DNA of 43,536 nucleotides from Bdellovibrionales bacterium (GTDB taxonomy: Bacteria > Bdellovibrionota > Bdellovibrionia > Bdellovibrionales > JAMPXM01), in NCBI GenBank assembly GCA_043739185.1, contig JAYUEN010000224.1, forward strand, positions 1 to 43,536, given 5' to 3'. The notes beneath the pieces were generated by a model. That model searched no databases. It had not been told where the DNA came from and saw only the letters and a list, made by a program, of their open reading frames with translations. How positions within the stretch are numbered: position 1 is the first letter of the stretch; every line of letters begins with the position of its first letter. The translations under genes were made by a program, and so were the position numbers. Below are positions 17,890 to 28,431 of this stretch, in pieces.

Positions 17890-19005
17890 ATGAGCTCATT
17901 TTCTGATTTCAATCTTCTCCCTAGCCTACAATTAAGCCTTGAAGAAAAGGGCATTAAGATTCCAACTGAAATTCAAAAGCGGGCCCTCCCAGTCCTCCTT
18001 GCTGGCGAATCAGTCGTTGGGGTTTCAGAAACTGGCAGCGGTAAAACTTTGGCCTATGCATTGCCAGTTCTGCATCATTTAAAAAATCTTGAAAACCAAG
18101 GAAGCGCAATTACTGAAAGTGCTCGCCCAAGATGTATCGTCTTAGTACCGACTAGAGAATTAGGAGAACAGGTATCAAAAGTTTTCAAACCCTTCACGCA
18201 CACTACAAGATTAAGAGTACGCACCGTTTTAGGCGGCACCTCATTTGATGTTGCAAGACGAAATATCAGTGGTCCATTCGAAATTCTCATAGCAACCCCA
18301 GGGCGCTTGGTTCAACTTCTTGATCGCAAATTATTAAATTTAAATGATATTCGCATTTTAATATTTGATGAAGCCGATCAAATGCTAGATCCTGGCTTTC
18401 TTGAAGATGCCTTGAAAATTTCAAGCCTGTGCACAGAAAAGCCCCAGCTCGCACTTTTTTCAGCTACCATCTCTCAGAAGGTGCAAGCTCTCATAGATCA
18501 AAGTTTTAAAGCTGCCAAAGTTCTACGAAGTGCTGGCAGCCACAAAGTTGTGCCGACGCTTAAGACTTTGAATCGCAAAATTGAAGATGGCAAACGCCTG
18601 CCAGTTCTTGAATCCCTCTTAACCAAAGAATTTGATACGCAAGGTACATTGATTTTTACCAATACTCGCGATCAATGTGACAAACTCGCTCTAGCACTTA
18701 AAAAAATTGGTAAGACCTGCCTTATTTATCGTGGCGAAATGGATAAAGTTGAAAGACGAAGAAACCTCAATAGCTTTCGCGAAGGCAAAGTTCGCATTTT
18801 GATTTCGACAGATCTTGCATCGCGCGGTTTAGATGTTGAAAATATCACCCGTGTCATCAACTACCATATGCCAAATCAAATGGATAATTATTTACACCGA
18901 GTCGGCCGCACCGCTCGCGCCGGCAGAAATGGCCTGGTGATCAATTTCATCACTGAGCGCGATCAAGCCATTTTTCAAAGCCTACATTCGGTAAGCTCTA
19001 CTTAA
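17890..19005 (+). CDS. DEAD-box RNA helicase
   Basis: Q motif, ETGSGKT, PTREL, TPGR, DEAD, SAT, SRGLD, HRVGRTAR. Confidence 0.96.
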   Translation: MSSFSDFNLLPSLQLSLEEKGIKIPTEIQKRALPVLLAGESVVGVSETGSGKTLAYALPVLHHLKNLENQGSAITESARPRCIVLVPTRELGEQVSKVFKPFTHTTRLRVRTVLGGTSFDVARRNISGPFEILIATPGRLVQLLDRKLLNLNDIRILIFDEADQMLDPGFLEDALKISSLCTEKPQLALFSATISQKVQALIDQSFKAAKVLRSAGSHKVVPTLKTLNRKIEDGKRLPVLESLLTKEFDTQGTLIFTNTRDQCDKLALALKKIGKTCLIYRGEMDKVERRRNLNSFREGKVRILISTDLASRGLDVENITRVINYHMPNQMDNYLHRVGRTARAGRNGLVINFITERDQAIFQSLHSVSST

Positions 19006-19912
19006 TACTTTCAAATCCGATCGTCATTGAATCCATTGGCGACTGAACCATAATCGAAAGTGAAAGCGGCTCTAGAGAAGTGGCTTTGAATGGAGTCGTC
19101 GGAATCGGATTCGGCAAAGCCACAATGGCAGCCGAAACCATGGTTGGCACCCAGGCAATTCCTTGGGCGAAGTCTTCAACTCCAATTCCGGTGCCAGTAG
19201 CAGGTCTTGTAAAAACGTGAATTCCCGTTATATTTACGATCGCCAGATTTCCGACAATCTTTGGATTTCGAATGCGGTATTCGGTGGCATTGATCATCTG
19301 AACTTCAACTTCAAAAATGGCAATCGCAACTGATGCCACTGCCGGACTTAGTTTTGAAAGAGGAAAGCGAATAACACCTGTATTAGCTGAAGTAATACTA
19401 GGAATCGCTGTCGGAAAAGTTAGGGTTTGAGTGAAGATTGTCGGCATCGCCATTCCTAGCGGTGGCGTCGACATCCCACCACCTACAACTGGAGCTGCAA
19501 GTTCAGCCGAAGCCCAAGTTTGAAGTAGCCCCTGAACAACTTGACCATTTGCGGGATTTGAACAAGGAGTATCCGAGCAATGGTTATTGCCGGCATAAAT
19601 AATAAATGGCGAAGAGGTTGGATTTGTAAAATCAATAAGGGCTTGAGAATTGAAACGACTCTTGGCATTTAAATAAGCTTGCGCCACATCTGTCAAAGCG
19701 AACTGCGGGCTTACAGTCGTACCATGACAATTCACACAGCCTTGCGTATTGGCGAAATTATAAAAGCCAGTTTGAAAAGCCTTAAATCCTGGCGCATTCA
19801 TATCGACCGACAATGACGCCATATTTGCCTGTGGCTCAAGCTTTCCGTCACCACAACCGGCAATAAGAAAGCTCAATAAAAAAAGCACGTCACGCCATTT
19901 GAATTGCAACAT
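18998..19912 (-). CDS. Lipoprotein with a single CxxCH (putative c-type cytochrome)
   Basis: Lipobox LIAGC; GCVNCHG; second His/Cys motif NNHCSDTPC. Confidence 0.8.
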   Translation of the reverse strand: MLQFKWRDVLFLLSFLIAGCGDGKLEPQANMASLSVDMNAPGFKAFQTGFYNFANTQGCVNCHGTTVSPQFALTDVAQAYLNAKSRFNSQALIDFTNPTSSPFIIYAGNNHCSDTPCSNPANGQVVQGLLQTWASAELAAPVVGGGMSTPPLGMAMPTIFTQTLTFPTAIPSITSANTGVIRFPLSKLSPAVASVAIAIFEVEVQMINATEYRIRNPKIVGNLAIVNITGIHVFTRPATGTGIGVEDFAQGIAWVPTMVSAAIVALPNPIPTTPFKATSLEPLSLSIMVQSPMDSMTIGFESIK

Positions 19913-19945
19913 ATTTATTAACTACCCCTAATGAACGAATGCTTT

Positions 19946-21436
19946 CTAAATAACAATAATATTTGATGGATTACTTGCCACACCGGTTGCTTGCAGCGCT
20001 GAAAGTGCACTAGCTGGCAAATTGCCATTGTTGATCCATTGAAGTGCCGAGAGATAAAGTCCAGCCACGGCTTCTTTTGAAGAACCTACTTTAGAATCAA
20101 TTTTAGCATCTCCATTTGTTGAATCTACAGTGCCCGTGAATTTTGCCATTGGAGGCGAGCCCTTTGGATCATAAAATATAATCAAACCCGCATTGTAAGA
20201 TCCTCCGGCATCGTCTGCAGCTACCGGAGCATTCATGCCGACATTATTACCATTAATTGTGATATTTACTGCCTGTGTGCCATTGGCAATGGCTTGGCCG
20301 TTTGCAAAGTACATAAGGGATCCTGGCGCTTGAGCTGCATCACAAGCTGCTAAAAACATGACAATGGCTCGTGCCTCTTCAACATCTGCAGGTGCAATAT
20401 CATTTTGCGGATCACCGCCATGATAGTCTCTGCCGTCAAATTGTAAAATCACGCCACCAGCAACGCCATTGGCTGACTGATAAAATGAAGATAATTGCGC
20501 TTGCTCGGCTTTCGAAAGATTGGCCACCGTCATCTTTGAAGAAAGAGCTACGATATTAGCTGGATTAAAAAGCGAGGCACCATACGCAGGATCAGCCAAG
20601 GCGGAATTACCGTAAAAAGCACAATTCGCATTGGTTTGTAATTGCTGGGCTCCTTTACGAGCTGAATTATTAAAGATTGGTCCGAGGGCTGCGGCTAAAG
20701 CATTGGTCGTATCTGAAGCAAAGGTGAGGGCTTGAGAATTGATAAGGCCTGAAGCAGCCGGAGTTAAACTAAAAACATTTGAAAGACTTGCTGGAGACAA
20801 ATTATTTCCTGATATAGATGTGGCTGGCAGTCCATTTGCCCAACTAGCTAAAGCATTTGATACATTGATTCGTAAATCTTTGCCAATTTGTGAAGTCTTA
20901 AATGGACTCACTCCACCTAAAAGACCTGTATCTGATCCCGCGCCATCATCAGCGTTGAACGGTCCAAGATGCCCGCCTCCGCTAATTTTATTTAATACCG
21001 AACTCTGCCAAGCAGCCATACCACCCGGAAAGCCAGGTGGGCCTTGCAAAAGGGTTGCGCCGAAGGGGCTCGTCGAATCAATATTCATATTGGGTCCAAG
21101 TTTTCTCAAATTAGCTTGGCCGCTTATACCGTAATTTGCAGCCATATTTGAATTCATCGAGGCAGCCTGAGCATCACTGATAAATCTGGCTCCCATCGTA
21201 GGACCGCCTTCAGCAAAGATTTGTCCGATCGCACCTGGATTGCGAACTGGCCCTGGGCAGGTCCCGGCAGCGGCCGCCATGGCTTGTTTTATAAAACCTC
21301 CAGCAACAAAATTGGACATCAAAACGCTGAGGGTACCGGTGGCTAAACCGCGGGTTAAGAGTTCTCTTCGCGAAATACTATGATGACTTGAGAATTCTGC
21401 AAAATCTTTCCAATTCTTTTTAGTTTTGATCAGCAT
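19946..21436 (-). CDS. Tat-exported uncharacterised protein (DUF1501/DUF1552-like)
   Basis: SRRELL twin-arginine motif, hydrophobic stretch and AMA cleavage site; FAEGGP and RDYHGG motifs; family assignment tentative. Confidence 0.75.
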   Translation of the reverse strand: MLIKTKKNWKDFAEFSSHHSISRRELLTRGLATGTLSVLMSNFVAGGFIKQAMAAAAGTCPGPVRNPGAIGQIFAEGGPTMGARFISDAQAASMNSNMAANYGISGQANLRKLGPNMNIDSTSPFGATLLQGPPGFPGGMAAWQSSVLNKISGGGHLGPFNADDGAGSDTGLLGGVSPFKTSQIGKDLRINVSNALASWANGLPATSISGNNLSPASLSNVFSLTPAASGLINSQALTFASDTTNALAAALGPIFNNSARKGAQQLQTNANCAFYGNSALADPAYGASLFNPANIVALSSKMTVANLSKAEQAQLSSFYQSANGVAGGVILQFDGRDYHGGDPQNDIAPADVEEARAIVMFLAACDAAQAPGSLMYFANGQAIANGTQAVNITINGNNVGMNAPVAADDAGGSYNAGLIIFYDPKGSPPMAKFTGTVDSTNGDAKIDSKVGSSKEAVAGLYLSALQWINNGNLPASALSALQATGVASNPSNIIVI

Positions 21437-21489
21437 AATTTTTCCCCCGAAAAATTCTCTCAGTTCATTCTCAGTAATTAGCTATTCAA

Positions 21490-22203
21490 TTAAAACCCCA
21501 TCATACTTGAACCCGCAGTATTGGCCGCAATACAGACCGACATAAAAGCAATGGTGCTGGTATTGCCTGCCACACCTGCAATTTGTGAAACGAGCGTCAT
21601 AAAAGCCGAGTTTACTTTAGCACTCGTCGGCCCTTGTGAGGCTAGACCCGCGACATGCTGATCTAACATTTTCACGCCGGCTGCGACGAGTGCCGCTTGA
21701 TTTGAAACAATTGAGTTTGCGGCAATTACATTATATTTTGATTGCATAAGTACACCCCCGTTTGCGGCTAGATCCGAGCAAGCTCCATACACTAAGAGTT
21801 GCACCTGATCGTATCCGGTGGCTTTTGTTGGGTCAGTGGTTTTAGGTAAATTTGTTTTAATTTGACTGAGTGCTTTTGCAAAATTGCCTGAGGTTGAAAG
21901 CACATTGTTTTGCAATCCGTTTTGAATTCTGGCCACAATCGCTTCTGCCGTCGGCACACTAAATGAGCCTTGTCCAGCAACTGCAGATCCCCCTCCTGCG
22001 CCCAAAGGATTGACCGCCCCCGTACCGGTTGAGGCCGAAGTAGCACTAGACTTGGCCTTGAAGACTGCAAAATCACCACAGCCAGAGAGCAGAAAAAACA
22101 TCGCAAAGATCACGAGTAGTGATTTGACCATATTGAGCTTTGCTCTTTCGGCAACCAATTCAAAATTAATATCTTCTCGAATTCTGATTCCAGATCTGAT
22201 CAT
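21490..22203 (-). CDS. Uncharacterised lipoprotein
   Basis: Lipobox LLSGC; helical domain with GAC and SVC Cys. Start is 22203 (ATGA-coupled), 22209 or 22131. Confidence 0.8.
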   Translation of the reverse strand: MIRSGIRIREDINFELVAERAKLNMVKSLLVIFAMFFLLSGCGDFAVFKAKSSATSASTGTGAVNPLGAGGGSAVAGQGSFSVPTAEAIVARIQNGLQNNVLSTSGNFAKALSQIKTNLPKTTDPTKATGYDQVQLLVYGACSDLAANGGVLMQSKYNVIAANSIVSNQAALVAAGVKMLDQHVAGLASQGPTSAKVNSAFMTLVSQIAGVAGNTSTIAFMSVCIAANTAGSSMMGF

Positions 22204-23513
22204 TGACAACTCCCATTGCTCGCCACCAAGCTCACAATTGTTCGAATATCATCAGTTCCAGGCGGAGCAGCATTTGGATTTGCCGCTGCAGCTATACTAT
22301 AAACATCGTCCGGAGAAAATGTTCCCATCGGGCAAATTTCGCCGACCACTCTTCTCACCAAATTTTCATAAACAATTTTAGCTTTACCTAAAGCCATTCC
22401 CAATTGATTGAGACCTTGTCCTGTGGTTGGTCCTGTCCATCCAAAATTAGCTAGAACACCTGAATCACTCCAAACCGCCCCGACATCCCAGGCCTGGTTG
22501 GGATCTGCACCCAAACTATCGGGATTGCAAACTGCGGTTGGCGTCTGAACCAAATTGCAAGCGGCATTGGTCGCGCGTTTATTAGGGTCAGAGCCTAATG
22601 ACTTCATGGTATTTGTAGTTGGTACATCGATAAAGACAAAACCATTTGCTGGATCAAAGTCAAATTTGTCTGCGACCGCGGCATAACCATGAGTCAAGGA
22701 AGACATCCCGCCACCATGACATGAAATGCACGCAGGCTGACCTTGGCCATGAAAGAAATTAGGATTCACCTCTGGCACAAACCTCGGCACGGCATTGGCA
22801 CCAGCTTGTGCAGACTCAACCTGCACCAGAGAGTAGCCAGTAGCCACCTGCCAGATACCCTCGATCATACGAAGATTGGTTCCTGAAGTAGCTCCAAAGG
22901 CTGCAAACGAGGTATCTCCTACACGGTCACTCAATGTAACATAGCCGCCGACATGCTTTACAGGAATTGCCACGGGCCCGCCACCTGGGTTAACATTGCT
23001 CTTAGCCTTTTGCCCTGGAACTTGAACAAGTGAGGTGGTCCAATTGACCGCTGCCAGTTGAGCCGCAGTGAGATCAGCGGAATGTGTAGGCGTGGACGCA
23101 CCATTCACTGTCATATTGATTAGGTAAGTCGCGTTTTCGGACCAAATACTACTGATGCTGGGCTTGATAGCACCAGCCCCAATGAAATGGGCAATTAAAA
23201 AACTGGATGCATCGCTATCCATACTGATACTCGCATCAAGTGCTGGATTTTGCATTTGCAGTGCAAGCCTTCTTGCCAAATATTTAGCAAAATAATTGCT
23301 GCTCGCGGCTAGATTTGCAGCCCCTACTAGGTTTCCACCTTGAATCTTTGAAACCATTTGAGCAAAAAGCGGGTCAGAAGTAGGAAGCAGCCCTCCCGTA
23401 ATTGTATTCGACATACGAAGAGCCTTCGATGTGGCATCCACATCCAAAGCGAAACTCAAATTCGCATATGCAATTACAATGAGTAAAAAGGAGAATAAAA
23501 AATGTCGAATCAT
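22200..23513 (-). CDS. Secreted CxxCH protein (putative c-type cytochrome, DUF1585/DUF1588-like)
   Basis: Sec signal ending SFA; ACISCHG; C-terminal GLNQLGMALG...VRRVVGEIC pattern. Confidence 0.8.
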   Translation of the reverse strand: MIRHFLFSFLLIVIAYANLSFALDVDATSKALRMSNTITGGLLPTSDPLFAQMVSKIQGGNLVGAANLAASSNYFAKYLARRLALQMQNPALDASISMDSDASSFLIAHFIGAGAIKPSISSIWSENATYLINMTVNGASTPTHSADLTAAQLAAVNWTTSLVQVPGQKAKSNVNPGGGPVAIPVKHVGGYVTLSDRVGDTSFAAFGATSGTNLRMIEGIWQVATGYSLVQVESAQAGANAVPRFVPEVNPNFFHGQGQPACISCHGGGMSSLTHGYAAVADKFDFDPANGFVFIDVPTTNTMKSLGSDPNKRATNAACNLVQTPTAVCNPDSLGADPNQAWDVGAVWSDSGVLANFGWTGPTTGQGLNQLGMALGKAKIVYENLVRRVVGEICPMGTFSPDDVYSIAAAANPNAAPPGTDDIRTIVSLVASNGSCQ

Positions 23514-23576
23514 AATTTTCCCCCCGGAAAGTTCGAATGTCCCCGCAAATTCTTGTTGCTTCTAAATATGAGTAAA

Positions 23577-23593
23577 AGCAATTGGAGTGCCAA
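23577..23593 (-). promoter_or_regulatory. Sigma54 promoter of the four-gene operon
   Basis: Minus strand TTGGCAC-TCCAA-TTGCT, an exact match to TGGCAC-N5-TTGCW. Confidence 0.8.
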
Positions 23594-23676
23594 TTTGAGG
23601 CACTTTTCTTATTTCGAATCAGAGCCCTGCACTTGATCTTTAGAACTTGATTTTAGATGAAAATGTCGAAACTCAA

Positions 23677-23715
23677 GTCACATTTTGAGACATTGCTGTG
23701 TATACAAAATGAGAC
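23677..23715. promoter_or_regulatory. Tandem GTCTCA-N3-TGAGAC-like sites (candidate activator sites)
   Basis: GTCACATTTTGAGAC 23677-23691 and TATACAAAATGAGAC 23701-23715; perfect copy at 41560-41574. Confidence 0.5.
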
Positions 23716-23876
23716 AGTGCTAGAAATATAACGGGGTGATTTTTGATTACACAAATTTCGCAATAGTTACGCTCACTATGTCTTTAATTCAAATTGGAGA
23801 CAAATTTGAGAGATTTTAAAAGAATATAAATTCTCAGATAGAATACATTGGCCGTCGTGGCGGCACTGATTTTGAA

Positions 23877-25136
23877 ATGTGTGCGATCATGTACAGTTTT
23901 CGGGGTTTTTATAAATTCATTTTGATCATGGCTTTAGCCTTAAGTTTTTATCCAGTTGATCGGGCAATGGCTTCGAATATGGTCTCTCCCGGCTCCGCTG
24001 AAAATCTCATCGCTGATACTGAATACCTCACAGAGATGTCTGAGTTGCTACTCGAACACATTAATCAGAAGCTAAGTGAAAAACCTCCCATAGAGTCTTT
24101 AAGCAAAGTCAGACAAATGATTCGCAGAGCGGCTTATTTAGTGGCGCGCTCGTCTAATTATTCGGAGTCTTTTTTAAATGCCAGCCTCATCAATTATCCT
24201 GATGTTGCCAAAGTAAATTTAGGACTTCATATCACGACCGCTATCATAACACCTATTTTAATTTATACTGGAAATTCGGCTTGGCTTGCCGTTATTCACT
24301 TTCCGGGCCTTGAGGGAATGTTTACCGGAGCCTATTTCCTCACCAGAAAATGGGCCGAGAAAAGGGCCGAGATTAAAAGATTCAAAATGAATCCGTCCGA
24401 CATAAAGGATTTTAAAAATGAAGTGTTTACGGATGCAGAAGTCAAAACCATCAATCTTCATATTTTAAGTGATGATTTCAGCAATTTAGAAGTCCCAATC
24501 TCACGACCCAAATTCAAATTGTCAAAAAAGCAAATCAAGTCCGACGATTTCATTACTCTAAAAGAGCTTGAAACTTTAATAAACGACGAAGATTTTTTGC
24601 ACGAAGCTCGAGGCCTGAGACTTGATACGAGTTTGTATGAAGAAATCCTAATTCAAAAAATCATTTCTGAACCCAATCTCAAGATTAGTTTCTTTCAAAG
24701 AGTACAGAGCTTAAATAAAAGCAAAGTTGATCCCTGGTCTGAATGGATAAAATCTTCAGAATCCTACTTAAATAAAGTAAGATCTGAAGCCATGCTCCAA
24801 GGTTTTGATCGCAAACGCCTCGTTGCAAAAGATCGCATAGAATATTTGAAGAGCTTTTGGGCATCCCGTGAAGCACGAAAAACTCTTTATTCTCAAATTC
24901 GTGATATTGAATTGCTACAACTCGATACCCTTGCACTACACTTAAGAGGAGAAGCTGTCGACTTATCCTTAGCCGAGGCTAAATTCAGTGAACAACGACA
25001 GGCTTTGATTAGTGGATTTAACGACTATCAAGCTCGCTATCCACTTTTAAAGAATAATCTGCTGCAACCTGCCTACAAACCTGCTCAATATATTTGCCGA
25101 GACCTATTCCTTATGCCTTATAGCATTGGCTTTTGA
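23877..25136 (+). CDS. Hypothetical membrane/exported protein
   Basis: 419-aa ORF with a signal-like N-terminus and an internal hydrophobic segment; no family recognised. Confidence 0.75.
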   Translation: MCAIMYSFRGFYKFILIMALALSFYPVDRAMASNMVSPGSAENLIADTEYLTEMSELLLEHINQKLSEKPPIESLSKVRQMIRRAAYLVARSSNYSESFLNASLINYPDVAKVNLGLHITTAIITPILIYTGNSAWLAVIHFPGLEGMFTGAYFLTRKWAEKRAEIKRFKMNPSDIKDFKNEVFTDAEVKTINLHILSDDFSNLEVPISRPKFKLSKKQIKSDDFITLKELETLINDEDFLHEARGLRLDTSLYEEILIQKIISEPNLKISFFQRVQSLNKSKVDPWSEWIKSSESYLNKVRSEAMLQGFDRKRLVAKDRIEYLKSFWASREARKTLYSQIRDIELLQLDTLALHLRGEAVDLSLAEAKFSEQRQALISGFNDYQARYPLLKNNLLQPAYKPAQYICRDLFLMPYSIGF

Positions 25137-25191
25137 GACTTACTTTCATCTTCCTTGCAACTTCGAATTCTGAGGAGTAGCGTTTTGATTC

Positions 25192-26238
25192 ATGAACAGT
25201 CGCGCAGCACTCGTTACATTTTTGGGTATCCTATTCATTCTGCTTTTCGTATTTTTAAGAATGATTGAGCCTTTTGTAATGGCGGTCATGATCGGAGCCA
25301 TTCTTGCTCTCCTGCTAGGACCCCAATTTGAAAAATTACAAAAACTGCGTTGTTCTCCACAACTCTCAGCCGTTGCCATCACCTGTTTGATTAGCCTAGG
25401 GATAGGACTCCCTCTAGGTAGTTTTTCGGTTTTAGCAATCCACGAAGCGAAAGCTATAGGTGAGGGGCTTGCTAAAAACTCTAATTTCTCTTACTTAACT
25501 TTTTCAGAAAAACTAGCCAAACTTCCTTATTCTGAAAATCTAGTTGGCGATCAGGCCAGCATCGAGCTCAAGATTCGCGAAGTTTCTGAAAACATTGGAG
25601 AACTCATCAGTTCGGCCGCTCTTAAATTTTTAGCTCACCTTCCCGACCTCCTACTTCATATGGTATTAGCACTTTTTGCCTGTTTTGTTTTTCTTTTAAA
25701 CGGGAAAAGACTTTCACACTGGATATTTAAAAAAATACCCATCGATCAAGATGTCGAAATTGAAATCATAACATCTTTAAAGAAAACTTCCCGTTCCGTT
25801 GTTCTATCCGTTTTAGCCGCCGCTGGTGTTGAGAGTTTTCTTATTTTTTTCGGATTTTTATTTTTAAATGTTCCCGGAGCTTTTTTTGCAGCTGGGGCCA
25901 CTTTTATTTTCTCATTTATTCCAATAATTAGCTGTAGCCCAGTATGGATTTCTGGCGCTCTCTATTTATTTCTTCACGCCATGCCTTTGAAGGCAGTGCT
26001 CATGATCGGAATTGGCATCCTCACCGGAATTGCTGAAAATTCAGTAAGGCCTCTCGTACTTAGAGGCAGCAGTAATTTGCATCCCTTACTTGGCCTCATT
26101 GCAATCTTGGGTGGACTTAAAATGTTTGGTCTCTTTGGCGTATTACTAGGACCAATCTTAGCTAGTTTATTGGTTTCTCTTTTAGAAATTTGGCCCATCG
26201 TTGGGAAACGTTCAGGCATCAAATTTGGTGAGTCTTAG
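25192..26238 (+). CDS. AI-2E family transporter
   Basis: SFIPII, ENSVRPLV, LHPLLGLIAILGGLKMFGLFGVLLGP. Confidence 0.9.
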   Translation: MNSRAALVTFLGILFILLFVFLRMIEPFVMAVMIGAILALLLGPQFEKLQKLRCSPQLSAVAITCLISLGIGLPLGSFSVLAIHEAKAIGEGLAKNSNFSYLTFSEKLAKLPYSENLVGDQASIELKIREVSENIGELISSAALKFLAHLPDLLLHMVLALFACFVFLLNGKRLSHWIFKKIPIDQDVEIEIITSLKKTSRSVVLSVLAAAGVESFLIFFGFLFLNVPGAFFAAGATFIFSFIPIISCSPVWISGALYLFLHAMPLKAVLMIGIGILTGIAENSVRPLVLRGSSNLHPLLGLIAILGGLKMFGLFGVLLGPILASLLVSLLEIWPIVGKRSGIKFGES

Positions 26239-26246
26239 CAAACCAA

Positions 26247-26504
26247 TTACTTCTGGTTGAATGAAAATGAGTGACGTTTTTTATCGTTGTCATAGACTAT
26301 AAGGTTTTGGCCGTCGCGAATTTTCTCCAAATTTTCTTTTGAGATACTGACCTGATGTTTATGCTTAAAGATTAAGGAGTACTCAGAACTTGTCACTAAT
26401 GTGATTCCTTCTGCAGGTAGATTATCAAATAATTTGGCATCAAGACTTAAAGTATGCGTATGCGGAAAAAGCCCGCCCTTTGATTTTACAATTATTGATG
26501 CCAT
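26247..26504 (-). CDS. Small HxH-motif protein, putative metal binder
   Basis: RBS GAGGAG; HTH, HKH and RH motifs. Confidence 0.7.
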   Translation of the reverse strand: MASIIVKSKGGLFPHTHTLSLDAKLFDNLPAEGITLVTSSEYSLIFKHKHQVSISKENLEKIRDGQNLIVYDNDKKRHSFSFNQK

Positions 26505-26551
26505 TATTTAGCTCCTCATTTCAATAATTTAATTCGTCGCAATACGAAATC

Positions 26552-27205
26552 CTAAGTGGCACCCTGACCATAATTTTCGTCGATTAAGATGAATTTATTA
26601 TGGTTTTTTTCATAGGAATAGACATCAGCTTTGGCAATATCAAACCACCAACCATGTATCTTAAGTGTACCATCTTCGAATCTTTTACTAACTGCAGGAT
26701 AGGATTTTACGTTCTCCATTTGTAGCAAAACATTGAGTTGCGACAATTGATTCTCTTCACTTACTTTTTTATCAAGTGCTCCGCCCGATCTAAATTCTTC
26801 GACTGCAGGATCTCCATGACGAAGCCAACTTTTCAAATTTGGCAAAGTTACGTTCTTACGATTCTCGTAAAGCTGTCTCATAGCTCCACATTCTGAATGC
26901 CCACATACAATGATATCTGAAACATTAAGTGTTAAAACTGAAAATTCAATAGCGGCGGCTTCTGCTTCATCACCTGTTGATCTACCATCGTGTCCACAGG
27001 GAGGAATTAAATTTCCTGGGTTCCGTAACACAAATAGATCGCCTGGATTAGTCGAAGCAAAGGTATTTGGCACCACTCGGCTATCTGAACAGGCGATAAA
27101 AAGTGTATCTGGCGCTTGCCCCTGAGCAAGCCAGCCAAAGGATTTTCGATAATCCTTCTGCCCGTTTCTTCGAAATTCAATTATGCCTTCGATTAGTTTT
27201 CTCAT
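26552..27205 (-). CDS. Beta-class carbonic anhydrase
   Basis: ACSDSRV, PGDLFVLRNPGN, VCGHSECGAM. Confidence 0.95.
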   Translation of the reverse strand: MRKLIEGIIEFRRNGQKDYRKSFGWLAQGQAPDTLFIACSDSRVVPNTFASTNPGDLFVLRNPGNLIPPCGHDGRSTGDEAEAAAIEFSVLTLNVSDIIVCGHSECGAMRQLYENRKNVTLPNLKSWLRHGDPAVEEFRSGGALDKKVSEENQLSQLNVLLQMENVKSYPAVSKRFEDGTLKIHGWWFDIAKADVYSYEKNHNKFILIDENYGQGAT

Positions 27206-27264
27206 TCAAAGAAAGCCTAGCTTAATTTTCTTGGGGCGTCCATCAAAGATGCACCTCTTAGCCC

Positions 27265-28326
27265 TTAATCAGCGTCAACGTCAAAGCTTTCAAACGCGCC
27301 AGGAGTCAAAGCTGTTAAAAAAGTCTTCATCTTTTCAAAAAATATGGGCAGCTGGGGATTGAGGTCAAGAATTAAGAATTGATGTGGAACCTTAAATTCT
27401 TTTGCAATCACAAAAGTCTCTGATTTTTCAAAGTGATCACTCACAAATTTACTGGCCTGCTCCTTACTTATTGTAATATCAGAATCAGAGTAAGCAAGTA
27501 GTACGGGTATTTTACTGACTCCCTTGGTGTGATCTAGAATATCATCACCGTACTTTAAAACATTTCGAGCCGTCGTGAGTGGCATAATGCTATTATAAAA
27601 TTGCGGGAATCGCGAAATCGCCTCGAGATCAGCAATTTTGGTATTCCTGTACATGGATTTGGCATCAAGACTAGGAATCAAAGTTTGAAGGATTTCGACG
27701 ATAAAGGGCGGAATATGAATTCCCAATTGAAAAAACGGTGAGGCCAAAACAATTTTTTCAATTTGCACACTGCCACCATTTGGCAATTTATAAATTCCCT
27801 CGGGACTCATATTGGGATCATTTAAGACTAGATCTGAAATGAGAGTCCCGCCCAATGAAAAGCCAACCAAACTAAGCGATTTCACACAATGCCCTACCGC
27901 TTGAATAGCGGCTACTACACTTTCCTTCCACTGCTTTGAGTTGGAGCTATTTGCAAGACCCACCGAAGAACCAAAGCCATGTATGAGCGGTTGCAAGGTC
28001 GTATAACCAAGTTCTTGAAAAACTTCAGAGATCGCATTCACTTCAAATGGCGAAGCTGCATAGCCATGCAAAATGATGGCGGCCCTTCCGTTTTGACCAA
28101 TATGGACGCGTGACTCATTGAACTCTCGCACCTTACCGCTTTGTGGATCATCAAGTGAATACTGTGCCTCCAATGTCCGCGATTCTTTTTGGACAATTGC
28201 CTGCATCTCTCCCAAACAGGTCGATTCTGCGATCAACTGAGCCTGTAAGTGAACGGAAAAAGTAAGGACAAAAAAAACACAAAACAAACACACCAGCGGC
28301 GCACTAAAAATTCTGCTTTTGATCAC
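27265..28326 (-). CDS. Exported alpha/beta hydrolase (esterase/lipase)
   Basis: ILHG, HG, GFSLGG nucleophile elbow, later Asp and His; signal peptide. Confidence 0.88.
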   Translation of the reverse strand: MIKSRIFSAPLVCLFCVFFVLTFSVHLQAQLIAESTCLGEMQAIVQKESRTLEAQYSLDDPQSGKVREFNESRVHIGQNGRAAIILHGYAASPFEVNAISEVFQELGYTTLQPLIHGFGSSVGLANSSNSKQWKESVVAAIQAVGHCVKSLSLVGFSLGGTLISDLVLNDPNMSPEGIYKLPNGGSVQIEKIVLASPFFQLGIHIPPFIVEILQTLIPSLDAKSMYRNTKIADLEAISRFPQFYNSIMPLTTARNVLKYGDDILDHTKGVSKIPVLLAYSDSDITISKEQASKFVSDHFEKSETFVIAKEFKVPHQFLILDLNPQLPIFFEKMKTFLTALTPGAFESFDVDAD

Positions 28327-28431
28327 GAATTTCTCCCTGAATGAGAATCTAAAAATGGGTTAATTCGCAATGAAATATCCCAGACTTTGGTAATTGACAA
28401 TTTAAATTCGTACTATCAATGAGTAGCCGAA

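Noticed and set aside
23861..23876. CGGCAC-N5-TTGAA as a sigma54 promoter
   Set aside because: Lacks the conserved -12 GC.
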